A stretch of DNA of 41,175 nt from Prorocentrum cordatum (Eukaryota): assembly GCA_963575745.1 (NCBI GenBank), contig CAUYUJ010000325.1, positions 620,001-661,175 on the forward strand, read 5' to 3'. Within the stretch, counting starts at the first letter, position 1; the number at the start of each line of letters is the position of its first letter. Shown piece after piece: positions 9,540 to 18,610 of this stretch. The notes beneath the pieces were generated by a model that saw only the letters and a list, made by a program, of their open reading frames with translations, did no database searches and was not told the DNA's origin. A program made the translations under genes and the position numbers.

Positions 9540-11684
9540 TCAAAAGGACTTTAGCGAGTTTCCTATGAGGGCTGGCGGATAGGCGGCAGCGATAGCGGTC
9601 CATTTCGCACCATTCGGGGCGTTGCCCTCCAGCACGATGTGTGGACGGCCAGACTTGTTACAAATACCGTTGATCTGACCACACCGACGATCGAGGCAGC
9701 AGCTATCCTGAACATCTATGTTCAGACACAAAAATATGGTTCGTTTGCGCCAGCGAGAACCCTCCTGACACTGATCGAGACATCTTACAACAGCCCCCCG
9801 TTCTATAACCCCCAGAACCTCTCTCGTGACAAAAACGCGTGAATTTACAGGATGCTCAAGTATGCAGGGGACTTTAAAATTCTCGCAACATCTGATGACG
9901 CTCAGAGCGGCACGCATGGTCTTATTGCCCGATGCCAGGCGAGCCAGCTGTTTCGTACTCAGAAGATGTCGCGGAAGTCCCCAGGGCTGCGATGCCGAGC
10001 GGATGGCTCCCATTCGGTCGGCAGCGGTGGTCCAGGGCCCACACGGCGGCGCCAGCATCACGGCCAAGACGCGGCCTGCGGCGATGTCGGAGCACAAGCC
10101 CCGCAGGACCTTCCGTCGGGTGAGGTCGCCGCCCGGCCCGTGCAGCGTGTCCCAGAACCTGGCTGGTACGCCCATTGCCATTGCGGCGCGACCCACGCCT
10201 CCTTTGCCACTGAAGCAGTCGGCCACATATTGGCCAGTCAGACGCGGTCGAGCTCCCGCAAGTCGAGCGGCGAGGCGCGATCCAAAATGATGTCCGCGAG
10301 CTGAGCCCCGCAGACCAGGAACACTTTTTGCACCGTGCGGCTCCGAGCTGTCCACGTGGCTGCCAGGCGCGCGTGCTTCTCGTAGCGGACGACGCTGCGC
10401 TTGGCTCTCCACTGCCAGCGTGTCTGCACCTCGGCCAGCCGCCCCCACCTCCTCGCCATGCATACCAAGGCCCTTGAAAGGCAGACCTGATACGGCATCA
10501 ACTCGGCTCTTGCTGGCAGGTCTTGGAGACGTAGGCTGAACATCCTGCGGTACTCTGGGCACGTGAAGTTCCACGGGTACTCGGGGTGCATCCCCTTTTT
10601 CATCTGACTCGGCACAGGGCCCAAGAAACGCATCCAGGGCGAGTCTGACTCTAGCGACACCCCCTCCAGGCCCGCTCTCTCCCACGGGCCTTTCTCCTCC
10701 GGGAAGAGCCTCAGGGTCCAGAAACTCCAGCCCGGGGGGGGGCGCCGGGCACCGTAGCTCGACATGTCGGGGTTGAAGCGCAGGCCGCCGACCATCAGCC
10801 TCTCGGCCCAGAAGGGGTGAGTCCCAGTCTGGCGCAGTCCGGTCAGCTGGCCCACCATCGCCGAGATCACCATTGAATCGTCCCAGCTCTCCATGACCTC
10901 GCCAATGTTCGCAGCCCTCTGGTACTCGCGCAACGGCGGGATCCACACGGCCTCCCTCTCCAGGTAAGGGGGCCCCTTCTTGCCAGTGGTCATCCCGTAG
11001 TGGCGGGCAAGGCGCCCGTGCGACTGCGCGAGCCTGCGCTGCCGCGCGGCGCCGGTCTCGACCTCGGGCTCGGAGCTCCCGCTGCCGGAGGAGCCGTCGC
11101 TCTCTCGCGCTCCCTGAGCGGGCCCAACTGGCACAGGCACCTCCTTCAGGTCTTCCGCCATCTGCTCCAGGCTCCGCGGCAGGAGACGGCCCTGCACCGC
11201 TGTCTTCAGGAGCTCCGACTCGCCCAGCTGACGCCCCCGCCGAGCTGCCGGCGACGGCCGCGGCGCGACTGGCGGCAGGGGGGCAAGCTGCCGCGGGCAT
11301 CCTGCCTCCTGACCCTGGGCAGACGTCCCCAGGCCAGGCCTTAGGCGAGACGGCGCCAGCCGCTGTGTGCGCCGGCGTCCCGCCCCTGGCCTCGCGCCCT
11401 GTCTGACCTGCAGGGGGCCGAGGCAGCGGCCACGCCCGCCTGGCGTCCGCGGGCGCACAGGCAGCATCGCGGGCCGCGGCGCCACCGGCTACCCGCTCAG
11501 GTGCGGACCAGGCGGGAACCCGCTCTGAGCCCGCCTGGGAGCCCTCGAGCTCCAACAGCTCAGCCAGAAGGGTGGACTTTGCGCCGTCAGGATCAAATAG
11601 CCGTGAGGGGAGGTCGGCACAGTTGAGCTCGCTGGGTATCCAACGAACCGAACAACGAATATTTCGGCTCAGACTGGACAGCAT
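9540..11684 (-). CDS. Element 1 RNase H C-terminus, long linker and C5 cytosine DNA methyltransferase (domain ~9540-10235)
   Basis: RWIPSELNCAD (RNase H end). MTase motifs: I DCFSGKGG, IV APPC, VI LEHP, VIII DQCQEG..RKRT, X AAAYPPAL. Confidence 0.85.
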   Translation of the reverse strand: MLSSLSRNIRCSVRWIPSELNCADLPSRLFDPDGAKSTLLAELLELEGSQAGSERVPAWSAPERVAGGAAARDAACAPADARRAWPLPRPPAGQTGREARGGTPAHTAAGAVSPKAWPGDVCPGSGGRMPAAACPPAASRAAAVAGSSAGASAGRVGAPEDSGAGPSPAAEPGADGGRPEGGACASWARSGSARERRLLRQRELRARGRDRRRAAAQARAVARAPCPPLRDDHWQEGAPLPGEGGRVDPAVARVPEGCEHWRGHGELGRFNGDLGDGGPADRTAPDWDSPLLGREADGRRPALQPRHVELRCPAPPPGLEFLDPEALPGGERPVGESGPGGGVARVRLALDAFLGPCAESDEKGDAPRVPVELHVPRVPQDVQPTSPRPASKSRVDAVSGLPFKGLGMHGEEVGAAGRGADTLAVESQAQRRPLREARAPGSHVDSSEPHGAKSVPGLRGSARGHHFGSRLAARLAGARPRLTGQYVADCFSGKGGVGRAAMAMGVPARFWDTLHGPGGDLTRRKVLRGLCSDIAAGRVLAVMLAPPCGPWTTAADRMGAIRSASQPWGLPRHLLSTKQLARLASGNKTMRAALSVIRCCENFKVPCILEHPVNSRVFVTREVLGVIERGAVVRCLDQCQEGSRWRKRTIFLCLNIDVQDSCCLDRRCGQINGICNKSGRPHIVLEGNAPNGAKWTAIAAAYPPALIGNSLKSF
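10238..11485 (-). pseudogene. Element 1 tyrosine recombinase, degenerate
   Basis: C-terminus QTRWQWRAKRSVVRYEKH aligns with element 2 KRGRWRTLSSVRRYEKR. The LRPxE box is absent and the RH box is altered (YQVCLS). Confidence 0.75.
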
Positions 11685-13839
11685 GAAATCGACGAATCTG
11701 GACCAACAAGTTGAAACAAGAGCTCCTCCCTCGATTGAAGCTTAGCACGACCGACATATTGTCACAGAGCAGCAACTGACGTATGTGGGACCCAAACACC
11801 GTGGTGGCAATACGATGTATGCTGCTGACCAGGGCTCGGGCCTCTAAGGTCAGGATGCCCTCAGGGTGCTGCCAGGCTCTCGCGAAGCAGGGCTCCCGCA
11901 GACTTGCGCGGAGCCCCCGGGCGGGCACCTCCGGGAAGTCCCTCGCAACGTCCCACTGGCCCAGCTCCTCCTCATCTTCAGGAAGGCCCTTGAGTTCCCA
12001 TTTTCCACTCTCGCTCATGCTGAATCCAGCTGCACAGAGCGCAGCCTCGCGGGCACTGTGCGCGCAGCGCCGGCGAAAGCGGGCTCGCTCAGGCACGCGC
12101 CCGACTGACTCCACCAGCTCCCGCGGCCAAAAGGCCCTTGCCAGTCCGTAGCCGTGAAGACTGGCATCTGACTGCTGCACCAAGGGATTCCAAGGCAGCC
12201 ACCAATCTGATTCCAGGAAGTACATCAAAGAGCTGAAGGCCGCCAGCTCTTGCCGCGCCTCAGCCCATAGCACGGCAGCCTCGTCGTAGTGGGCTCGCAC
12301 GAAGCCGTAAACTGAATTGAAGGCTGACAAGGTGCCGCGAGAGCAGAGGCCACAAAAGGCGAGGTGGCCCAGCACTGCCTCCACGGCCCACCCCTTGACA
12401 CGGCGGCGGGCTAGGAGGCCTCGCACGGCCTGGCGGCAGCGCCAGAACCGATCACTGGTCACACGAGTGCGCAATAGGCCCCCGTCGAACTCCGTGCCCA
12501 GCGCTACTGCCTTGTCCGGCACCAGCTCGTCTTTGTGCAGCAGTAGGTTCAGCTTGGTGAACTCGCCTGTCAGCTGGTTCATCACGCCGCTCACGAGTTC
12601 AGAGAAAAGCGAGAAGACCCCCAGGTTGTCAACGTACACGCAGTGCCTGACCTCCTGGGACGCTCTGCCCGGCGCGAACACGAGCGGTGGCCCATGGTCT
12701 GAAAGACTGGGCCCCCGAAGGGGCGCGCTGCTGCGGCGGCTCACCTCCTCGTTGGCCCGCTGGGCGAAGTAGAGGGACCAGCTGAAACCCATGGGCAGCA
12801 CCTGCCAGCAAGGGTAGATGGCCGTCGACGTCTGCACCTTGGCCCCCTCGACCTCGGTCACGCCGAAGGCCCCAGCCTTGACCGGCGGCAGGCAAAAGTA
12901 CTGCGAGAGGGCCGAATCAATACGCATCCGATGAAAGCAGTCCTTCACGTCCGCCATGCCGATGTACACCTGCTGCGCCCCCAGCGCGGCGCGGAGGTCC
13001 TCGTAGTTCGAGAAGCCCGCGTCTGGCACGTGCACCTCGATTCTGGCAAGGCCCTCGCTGCTCAAAAGCTCCACCCCAGGAGGGTCCTTGAAGTGGGCGT
13101 TCGCACGGCGGGCGTCGACTATGAGGCGAAGTCGGCGCCGCCCATCCTTCCACACAAAAAACATCCCAATTCTCTCTTTCGGTGTTAGAGTCCATCCCAG
13201 AATGCCAGCCGATAGCAACCGGCGCACCAGGCCGCGGCACTCCTTGTGGTTGAACTTGAGGATCGAGTCGAAGTACGGCTCGACGTCAGTCGGCAAGGGT
13301 GACTCTCGCAACGTGCGCTCATGGCGCTCCTGCAGGAAAGTAAGGGCCTCGCCAGGCAAGAGGTCCTCTAGACGCGGGCAGCCGCTCACGTCCATCGGCA
13401 TGCTGACGAGCCCTGCACTGTAGGAGGCGACCGTCGTCGGGCCGCTGCGCCCGTCGCATGGCGAGCGGCCCCGCAGCAGCTCCCGGAGGGCCGCCTGCGG
13501 ATCCTGCAACTTGGCGTCCGGCTGCCGGCCCCGAACGAGGCCCTCGAAGCGCGCAAGTACATCCCGATGCATGTCATTGGCTGGGCCAGGAAGCGAGTCG
13601 TACCCCGACATCCAGTTAACGGCATCGACGATACCGTTGACCTCCGACGCAATTCGATACTCACGGCCGAACTGCCTCGCCCTGCAAGACCTGCCGCGAA
13701 TTCGGCGGCCAGCGTCGCCCAGCAGCGGGAGCGGCAGGAAGCTGCGAGCTCCACGCGAGGGCGGCAGGCGGCCACCGTCGTGCCCCGGCAAAAAGGGCCC
13801 GGGGGAGGGGCTGGCCCCCCCGGGCCCGGGGGCCGTCAT
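11593..13839 (-). CDS. Element 1 reverse transcriptase / RNase H (frameshift near ~11690)
   Basis: FFVWK..RLIVDAR, ADVKDCFH, LPMGFSWS, YVDN (12625-12636), SDASLHGYG, ILTLEARA, LLCDN. Confidence 0.92.
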   Translation of the reverse strand: MTAPGPGGASPSPGPFLPGHDGGRLPPSRGARSFLPLPLLGDAGRRIRGRSCRARQFGREYRIASEVNGIVDAVNWMSGYDSLPGPANDMHRDVLARFEGLVRGRQPDAKLQDPQAALRELLRGRSPCDGRSGPTTVASYSAGLVSMPMDVSGCPRLEDLLPGEALTFLQERHERTLRESPLPTDVEPYFDSILKFNHKECRGLVRRLLSAGILGWTLTPKERIGMFFVWKDGRRRLRLIVDARRANAHFKDPPGVELLSSEGLARIEVHVPDAGFSNYEDLRAALGAQQVYIGMADVKDCFHRMRIDSALSQYFCLPPVKAGAFGVTEVEGAKVQTSTAIYPCWQVLPMGFSWSLYFAQRANEEVSRRSSAPLRGPSLSDHGPPLVFAPGRASQEVRHCVYVDNLGVFSLFSELVSGVMNQLTGEFTKLNLLLHKDELVPDKAVALGTEFDGGLLRTRVTSDRFWRCRQAVRGLLARRRVKGWAVEAVLGHLAFCGLCSRGTLSAFNSVYGFVRAHYDEAAVLWAEARQELAAFSSLMYFLESDWWLPWNPLVQQSDASLHGYGLARAFWPRELVESVGRVPERARFRRRCAHSAREAALCAAGFSMSESGKWELKGLPEDEEELGQWDVARDFPEVPARGLRASLREPCFARAWQHPEGILTLEARALVSSIHRIATTVFGSHIRQLLLCDNMSVVLSFNRGRSSCFNLLVQIRRFHAVQSEPKYSLFGSLDTQRAQLCRPPLTAI

Positions 13840-15354
13840 GGCCCCGCGGAGGCGACGCCCCTGGCCCGGGCGCGCCCGCGGCCGCCTCGGCCGCCACCAC
13901 GCCCCGCTCCTGCTGCGTCGCCTCCAGCTCCTTCTGCTCCGCCGACGGTCCTTGCAGGCGCCCCGCGTAGCGTACCTGCCCGATTCTGCGCCTGCTCCAC
14001 CTCGTACGGCTTCATCGCCCCCTGGTGGATGTAGCCCCTGAGCTCTGACCCCGAGACGTCCTGCTCCGAGCTCACGTCCGCGAAGATGCCCGCGTTCGTC
14101 CAGCTCGGCTTGGGCAGGTCCCCGTAGGCCTCCAGCTTGGGTTCCCGCGGTGAGTCATCTCCCCCACCATCATAAGGCCGCTCATGTTCAGCTGGACACG
14201 TAATAAGCCCTGGTACCAGGCCTCCACGATCGTCCTCAGCTTCTGCACCACCCAGTCATTCTCCCCACGGCCCCTCACGCAAACGGCGAAGTCGGGCTCG
14301 AGACGCGGGTCGCCACCGTGCCTCACCATGTGCTCGCGCTTGTGGAGAGCCCCAGGCGGTCTGTCCACCTGTGCGTCTGGGCGGCGCCCCTGCCTCGACT
14401 CGCCTACCACGTATCGCCATCGTCTGACCCGTCCGCCCTGCTCGTCGTAGAAGACCAGAGCGCGCGGACGAGGGCGTCTCGCTGCTCGCCCAGCGGCTCC
14501 GCCAGAGGCGGCTGCGCCAGCCCTGGCATAGCTGTGCCGCGTATGGGCCCGGCGGGCCCCTCACCCTCGAGTGGCGCCGCGGCCGCAGTGCGTCGGCGCT
14601 CGGGGCCCTTGGCACGCGCCTGGCTCCTGCCTAGGTCATGCCTGAAAACCTCCTCCTCGGCCAGACGCCCAGCGTCCGACCCCGCGTCCAGACGGCCGAG
14701 TCGCCCCGTGCCACCGTCGGCGGACCTCAGCACACCGAACGCCTCAGGCCCGTCCTGGAAGCTCAGGCCTCCAGTCTTCGCCACGTCGACCTCCGCCCCG
14801 ATCTCATCGCCGGGCAAGCCACTGCGGCCGACCCAGGTGTCACCCCCAGCAGGAGCCTCCAGCGGCGTCCCCACCAGGCGAGCCACGGCCATACTCAGGC
14901 ACAACAGGCCACCCCGCTCCGCGGCCAGCCGCCTGCCATCGGCCTCCTGCCACGAGACCCGCTGGCCGCTCACGGCCCCGGCCTCCCTCGGCTCAGGCGA
15001 CGCCGCCTCTACATACAGCGCCGCCTGACGGCCCCGCGTCAACGTCCTGGCCCGATCCTCAGGCCCCAGCGTCTCCTCGAAGCGATACAGCCTCCGCATC
15101 CTGCCCACCCGCTGCGCCAGCGGGATGGACCGGGCAGGCCCGGCCTCGGCCCTGCCGCAGCTCATGTCCTCCGCGCAGATGTCAACCTCTGGGGACAGGT
15201 TGACCCGTCCGCCCTCTGCCACGTAGTGCAGCAGCACCCGTCCGTCATCGACGTCGTCGCCGGCGAATCGGCAGACCCCAGGCTCCTCTAGGAGCGCTCT
15301 AGTCCACCACCTCCGCCCCACGACGCTGAGAAGCCACCACACGAGCGTCGTCAT
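13836..15354 (-). pseudogene. Element 1 gag-like ORF, frameshifted
   Basis: ATG at 15354 (MTTL..). RVLLH..LSPEVDICAE parallels element 2 WHERVLLR..TPDGDVYAE. Continues through ORFs 14072..14410 and 13836..14075. Confidence 0.6.
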
Positions 15355-15712
15355 GCCTGCGACCGGAGGCTCCCACCAGCCAGTGCACCAGGCCTCCGGG
15401 CAGCGCTCCAGCGAGCCTCCCAGCCGCCCTCTCGCCCGGCGTCGCCGCCGGCCGCCTCGCAGGCCGGGCAGGTCGCACCCGGCGGCGGCTCGCAGACCAG
15501 GCAAGCCGCGCAGGGAGGCGGCTCGCAAGCCGGGCAGGCCGCGGCCTCTGGGCCGGCCGCCGCCTCTGGACACGCAGGACAGGCGGGGCACGAGGGTCAG
15601 GGCAGGCCGCCCGCGTCGGGCTCACCCCAGTCCCAACGTGGGCCGCGGCCTCCAGCGCCACTACCACCCAGGCAAGCAGCGCGGCCGCCCCTCAGGGATG
15701 GCGCCCATCCAT
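15299..15712 (-). pseudogene. Element 1 small 5' ORF (hydrophobic N-terminus, CPAC repeats, second hydrophobic segment, RRGAEVVD tail), decayed
   Basis: Hand translation with one stop and two frameshifts: MDGRHP*GAAALLAWVVVALEAA..[fs]CPACPACPE..CPACEPPPCAACLVCE..[fs]LAGALPGGLVHWLVG..RRGAEVVD. Confidence 0.55.
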
Positions 15713-15719
15713 CGACTCT

Positions 15720-15815
15720 GGACCAGAGAAGCTATGCGATGCAAGAAGGAGCGGAGCCAAAGGGGCGACATAATGAAAACCCCTCTTGACTTCCTTCACG
15801 TGCAAGCACAAACCA
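15720..15815 (-). repeat. Element 1 5' repeat A1
   Basis: Near-identical to 9287-9383. Confidence 0.95.
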
Positions 15816-17130
15816 TGCGCTGGGCGACTTTGGCGGCCACTCTCGTCAGCACTCGTGTTTGCAGGAAAACCCGGAGGTACCCGCGATCGCCGAAGGACGT
15901 GCGGGGAGGGGGGCCCAAGGAAGGCCTTCGCCACACATAGTACGCGCGGTTCAGCTGCGCCGCGACAGCCTTCCAGCCGCGCGCGTGGCTCGCCAACAAC
16001 TCCGTGCCGTACAGCGCGGCAGACTCGATGCGGGCCGGGGCCTGGCCGACGACCACAGGTAGGCCGAACCCCCTGTCCGCTAGGGCAGCCGTCAGCCGCC
16101 GCGCGCTATCCCGCAGCAGGGCGCAGGAGCGGGTCAGGAGCGGCTCCAGGGTGAGCTCTGCGTCCACGGGGATACCCAGGACCTCCAGCTGGCTGACAGC
16201 CCGGACCCCAACGCCTCCTACGTGGCCACAACAGCCGACGTCCACGGGGGGCGCGCCCACAGTCATTGCCGCCGGGCCCTTGCTGCCGTCCTGGAACAGG
16301 TGGCGGTAGGTGGCGCAGAACGCACCAAGGCTGGCGCTCGCGCGCATTAGGCTGGTCTCGTCGGGCTGAAGGACAAAGGTGTCGTCGACGAATTGCAGCA
16401 GGGGGAGGGAGGGAGCCGGGGCCGCCGGCAGTGCTCTCCCAGTCAGCGCAAGCGAGCGCGCCAGCGGGGCCAAGCCTTCGCCCCGACTCGGGGTCCCACA
16501 GAGACATCTGGAGAGGCTCGCGCGGCTTCAGGAGCCCGCTCAAGTAAGACTCCGCTTCGCCGCGGGACGACGCCGAAAGCTCCAAGTAACGGTCCAGCGC
16601 CCGGGCCCTGCTGGCGGCGCGCGCCCCGGCCAACTCATCTTCCAACGCCAAATGTTCGGCGTCCGGGGAGGGGAGTCCAGAAGGCCGTAGGATTGTCTCC
16701 GCCAGCTCCGCCACCTCCGCCGTGTCGCCTCCCGTCCTCCTCGAGGGGCGGGCCGCGTTCGCGTGGGGAGGCCGCCTTGCTATCAGCACCAGCCCACCGA
16801 AGTGACCTGCCAGGGTGTACACCATGGCCCGATACCACACGGCTCGATCAAAAAGGCCCTGTCTGGCCCCGCATTTGGCCCCGCAGGCGGTCCACCCCCG
16901 GTACACGTCACTCCGCATGACGGCTCCTGCCCATCCCGCGACGAAGCGGACTGCGGCAGCGACGCGTCCAAGCGCGCAGTCCGTGTCGTCCCCATGCCCC
17001 CACCGACTGGAACCAGTGTTCATGTCGTGGCTGGCGGCGAACCCCATCGGAAGGTGAACATCAAATCTGGCATGGTCACCGGGGACCCCAGGGGACCCAC
17101 ACGGCACGATTTCCACACGCACGGGGAAAT
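15816..17130 (-). pseudogene. LINE-B ORF2, N-terminal part (endonuclease end, linker, RT5-thumb), internally deleted
   Basis: PGDH (SDH-like) in 16106..17203. LQFVDDT (16381-16392), EVLGIPVD and ALYGTE in 15796..16473. RT motifs 1-4 not found. Confidence 0.78.
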
Positions 17131-17280
17131 CAGGGAGGAGGAGGGAGAGGAGCAGAGCAGGAGCAGAGAGGTCAGGGCGGAGGGAGGAAGAGGAGGAGGG
17201 CACGAGGATGAGAAGGAGGTTACGACACTACGAGCCCCGCACGTCTGGATATCAAAAGAGGAGCAGGAGGGACGAGGGAG

Positions 17281-17352
17281 GAGGAGGAGGGGGAGGGGGA
17301 GGAGGAGGAGGAGGAGGAGGAGGAGGAGGAGGAGGAGGAGGAGGAGGAGGAG
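17281..17352 (+). repeat. (GAG)n microsatellite
   Basis: Direct inspection. Confidence 0.95.
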
Positions 17353-17804
17353 GGAGGACCCCATAACTCCTCTCGTCGCAAACAACACACACACAAACAA
17401 CAGAATCTTATTTTTCTCGGCCTCCAAGTGCCCTCGCGCAACGCGTTGTGTCACGCACGCGCGCCACTGGGCGCCAGTGGCCTCTTGACCTGCCTTGACG
17501 CGGCCTCTAGGTGTGCCCTCGCGGGGCCCCCAGGACCGTCGCAAAAACAGTTCGGGATGCAACGCTGGGACCAGGAAAAGATTGGCGGCGAGCGCAGGGG
17601 GAAGTGAAAAGGGGCGGGGTTTCTCAGAGGGCTCGAAAGTCCCCCAGCCTTCTGAAAAGTTGTCTTGGCCTTCCCCGAAGACACAGAAAACTTCTCCGAA
17701 GGTGCGAGGGCGTCTAAGAAGCCCCGCCGCCTTCTGAGAAAGCCTTCTCCTTCTCATGTCCCACCCTCGCGCGCCGCCGAAAGGAACATGACGTCGGAGA
17801 TGCG

Positions 17805-18213
17805 GAGCAGCATCAGCATCATCATCCTCATCATCAGCAGCATCAGCATCAGCATCCTCACCATCATCATCAGCATCACCATCAGCAGCATCATCATAAT
17901 CATCATCATCAGCAGCAGCATAATCAGCAGCAGCATCATCATCATCATCGTCACCATCACCATCATCACCACCACCACCATCATCACCACCACCACAACC
18001 ACCACCACCATCATCAGCAGCAGCATCATCACCATCATCATCACCACCACCACCATCACCACCACCACCACCAGCCGCCGCGGCCGCCGCAGCCGCCACC
18101 ACCGCAGAAGCAGCAGCATCATCATCACCACCATCAGCATCATCACCACCACCACCACCATCATCATGATCATCCTCATCATCATCAGCATCAGCATCAG
18201 CATCATCATCATC
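17805..18213 (+). repeat. (CAT/CAC/CAG)n compound trinucleotide repeat, target of YR element 2
   Basis: Direct inspection. ATCATCA resumes at 24919. Confidence 0.93.
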
Positions 18214-18603
18214 AGCTGCTTCTACTCCGAGACTCTTTCTGGACAACCTGAGATGAACTGCAACACTCCTGTGAGTAAAAAAGACCTCTGAACCGAAGGC
18301 TCGGGAGAGTCGAATGACGCGCACGAGCATCACACAGACTACCACGACGGCCAGCGCACAGATACGCTGCACCCGCAGAGAGGAGGAGGGGAGGCGGAGG
18401 ACCCAGAGAGACTATGGAACATGTAAACATTCCTGAGACCCTCCCAGCCCCAGCTGCAAACCGATCCCGCTCTATTAGCTGCTTCTACTCCGAGACTCTT
18501 TCTGAACAACATGAGATGAACCGCAAGACTCCTGTGAGTAAAAAACACCTCTGAACCGAAGGCTCGGGAGAGTCGAACGACGCGCACGAGCATCATACAG
18601 ACT
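18214..18603 (-). repeat. Element 2 3' repeat block: B1, A2, spacer, B2
   Basis: Direct alignment of the copies. Confidence 0.95.
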
Positions 18604-18610
18604 TCCAAAT

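Larger units (their letters stand above)
9135..15815 (-). mobile_element. YR retrotransposon 1 (DIRS order, Ngaro/PAT-type split direct repeats A1..B1-A2-B2), DNMT-carrying, both termini present
   Basis: A1 15720-15815 matches A2 9287-9383. B1 9383-9469 matches B2 9135-9221. Internal gag, RT/RNaseH, YR and C5-MTase motifs. No target-site duplication beyond a 1-nt overlap. Confidence 0.93.

Noticed and set aside
17665..18291. Ile/Thr/Met/Val-rich ORFs resembling membrane proteins (also 30282-30623 and 33564-33905)
   Set aside because: Translations of (CAT/CAC/CAG)n repeats.
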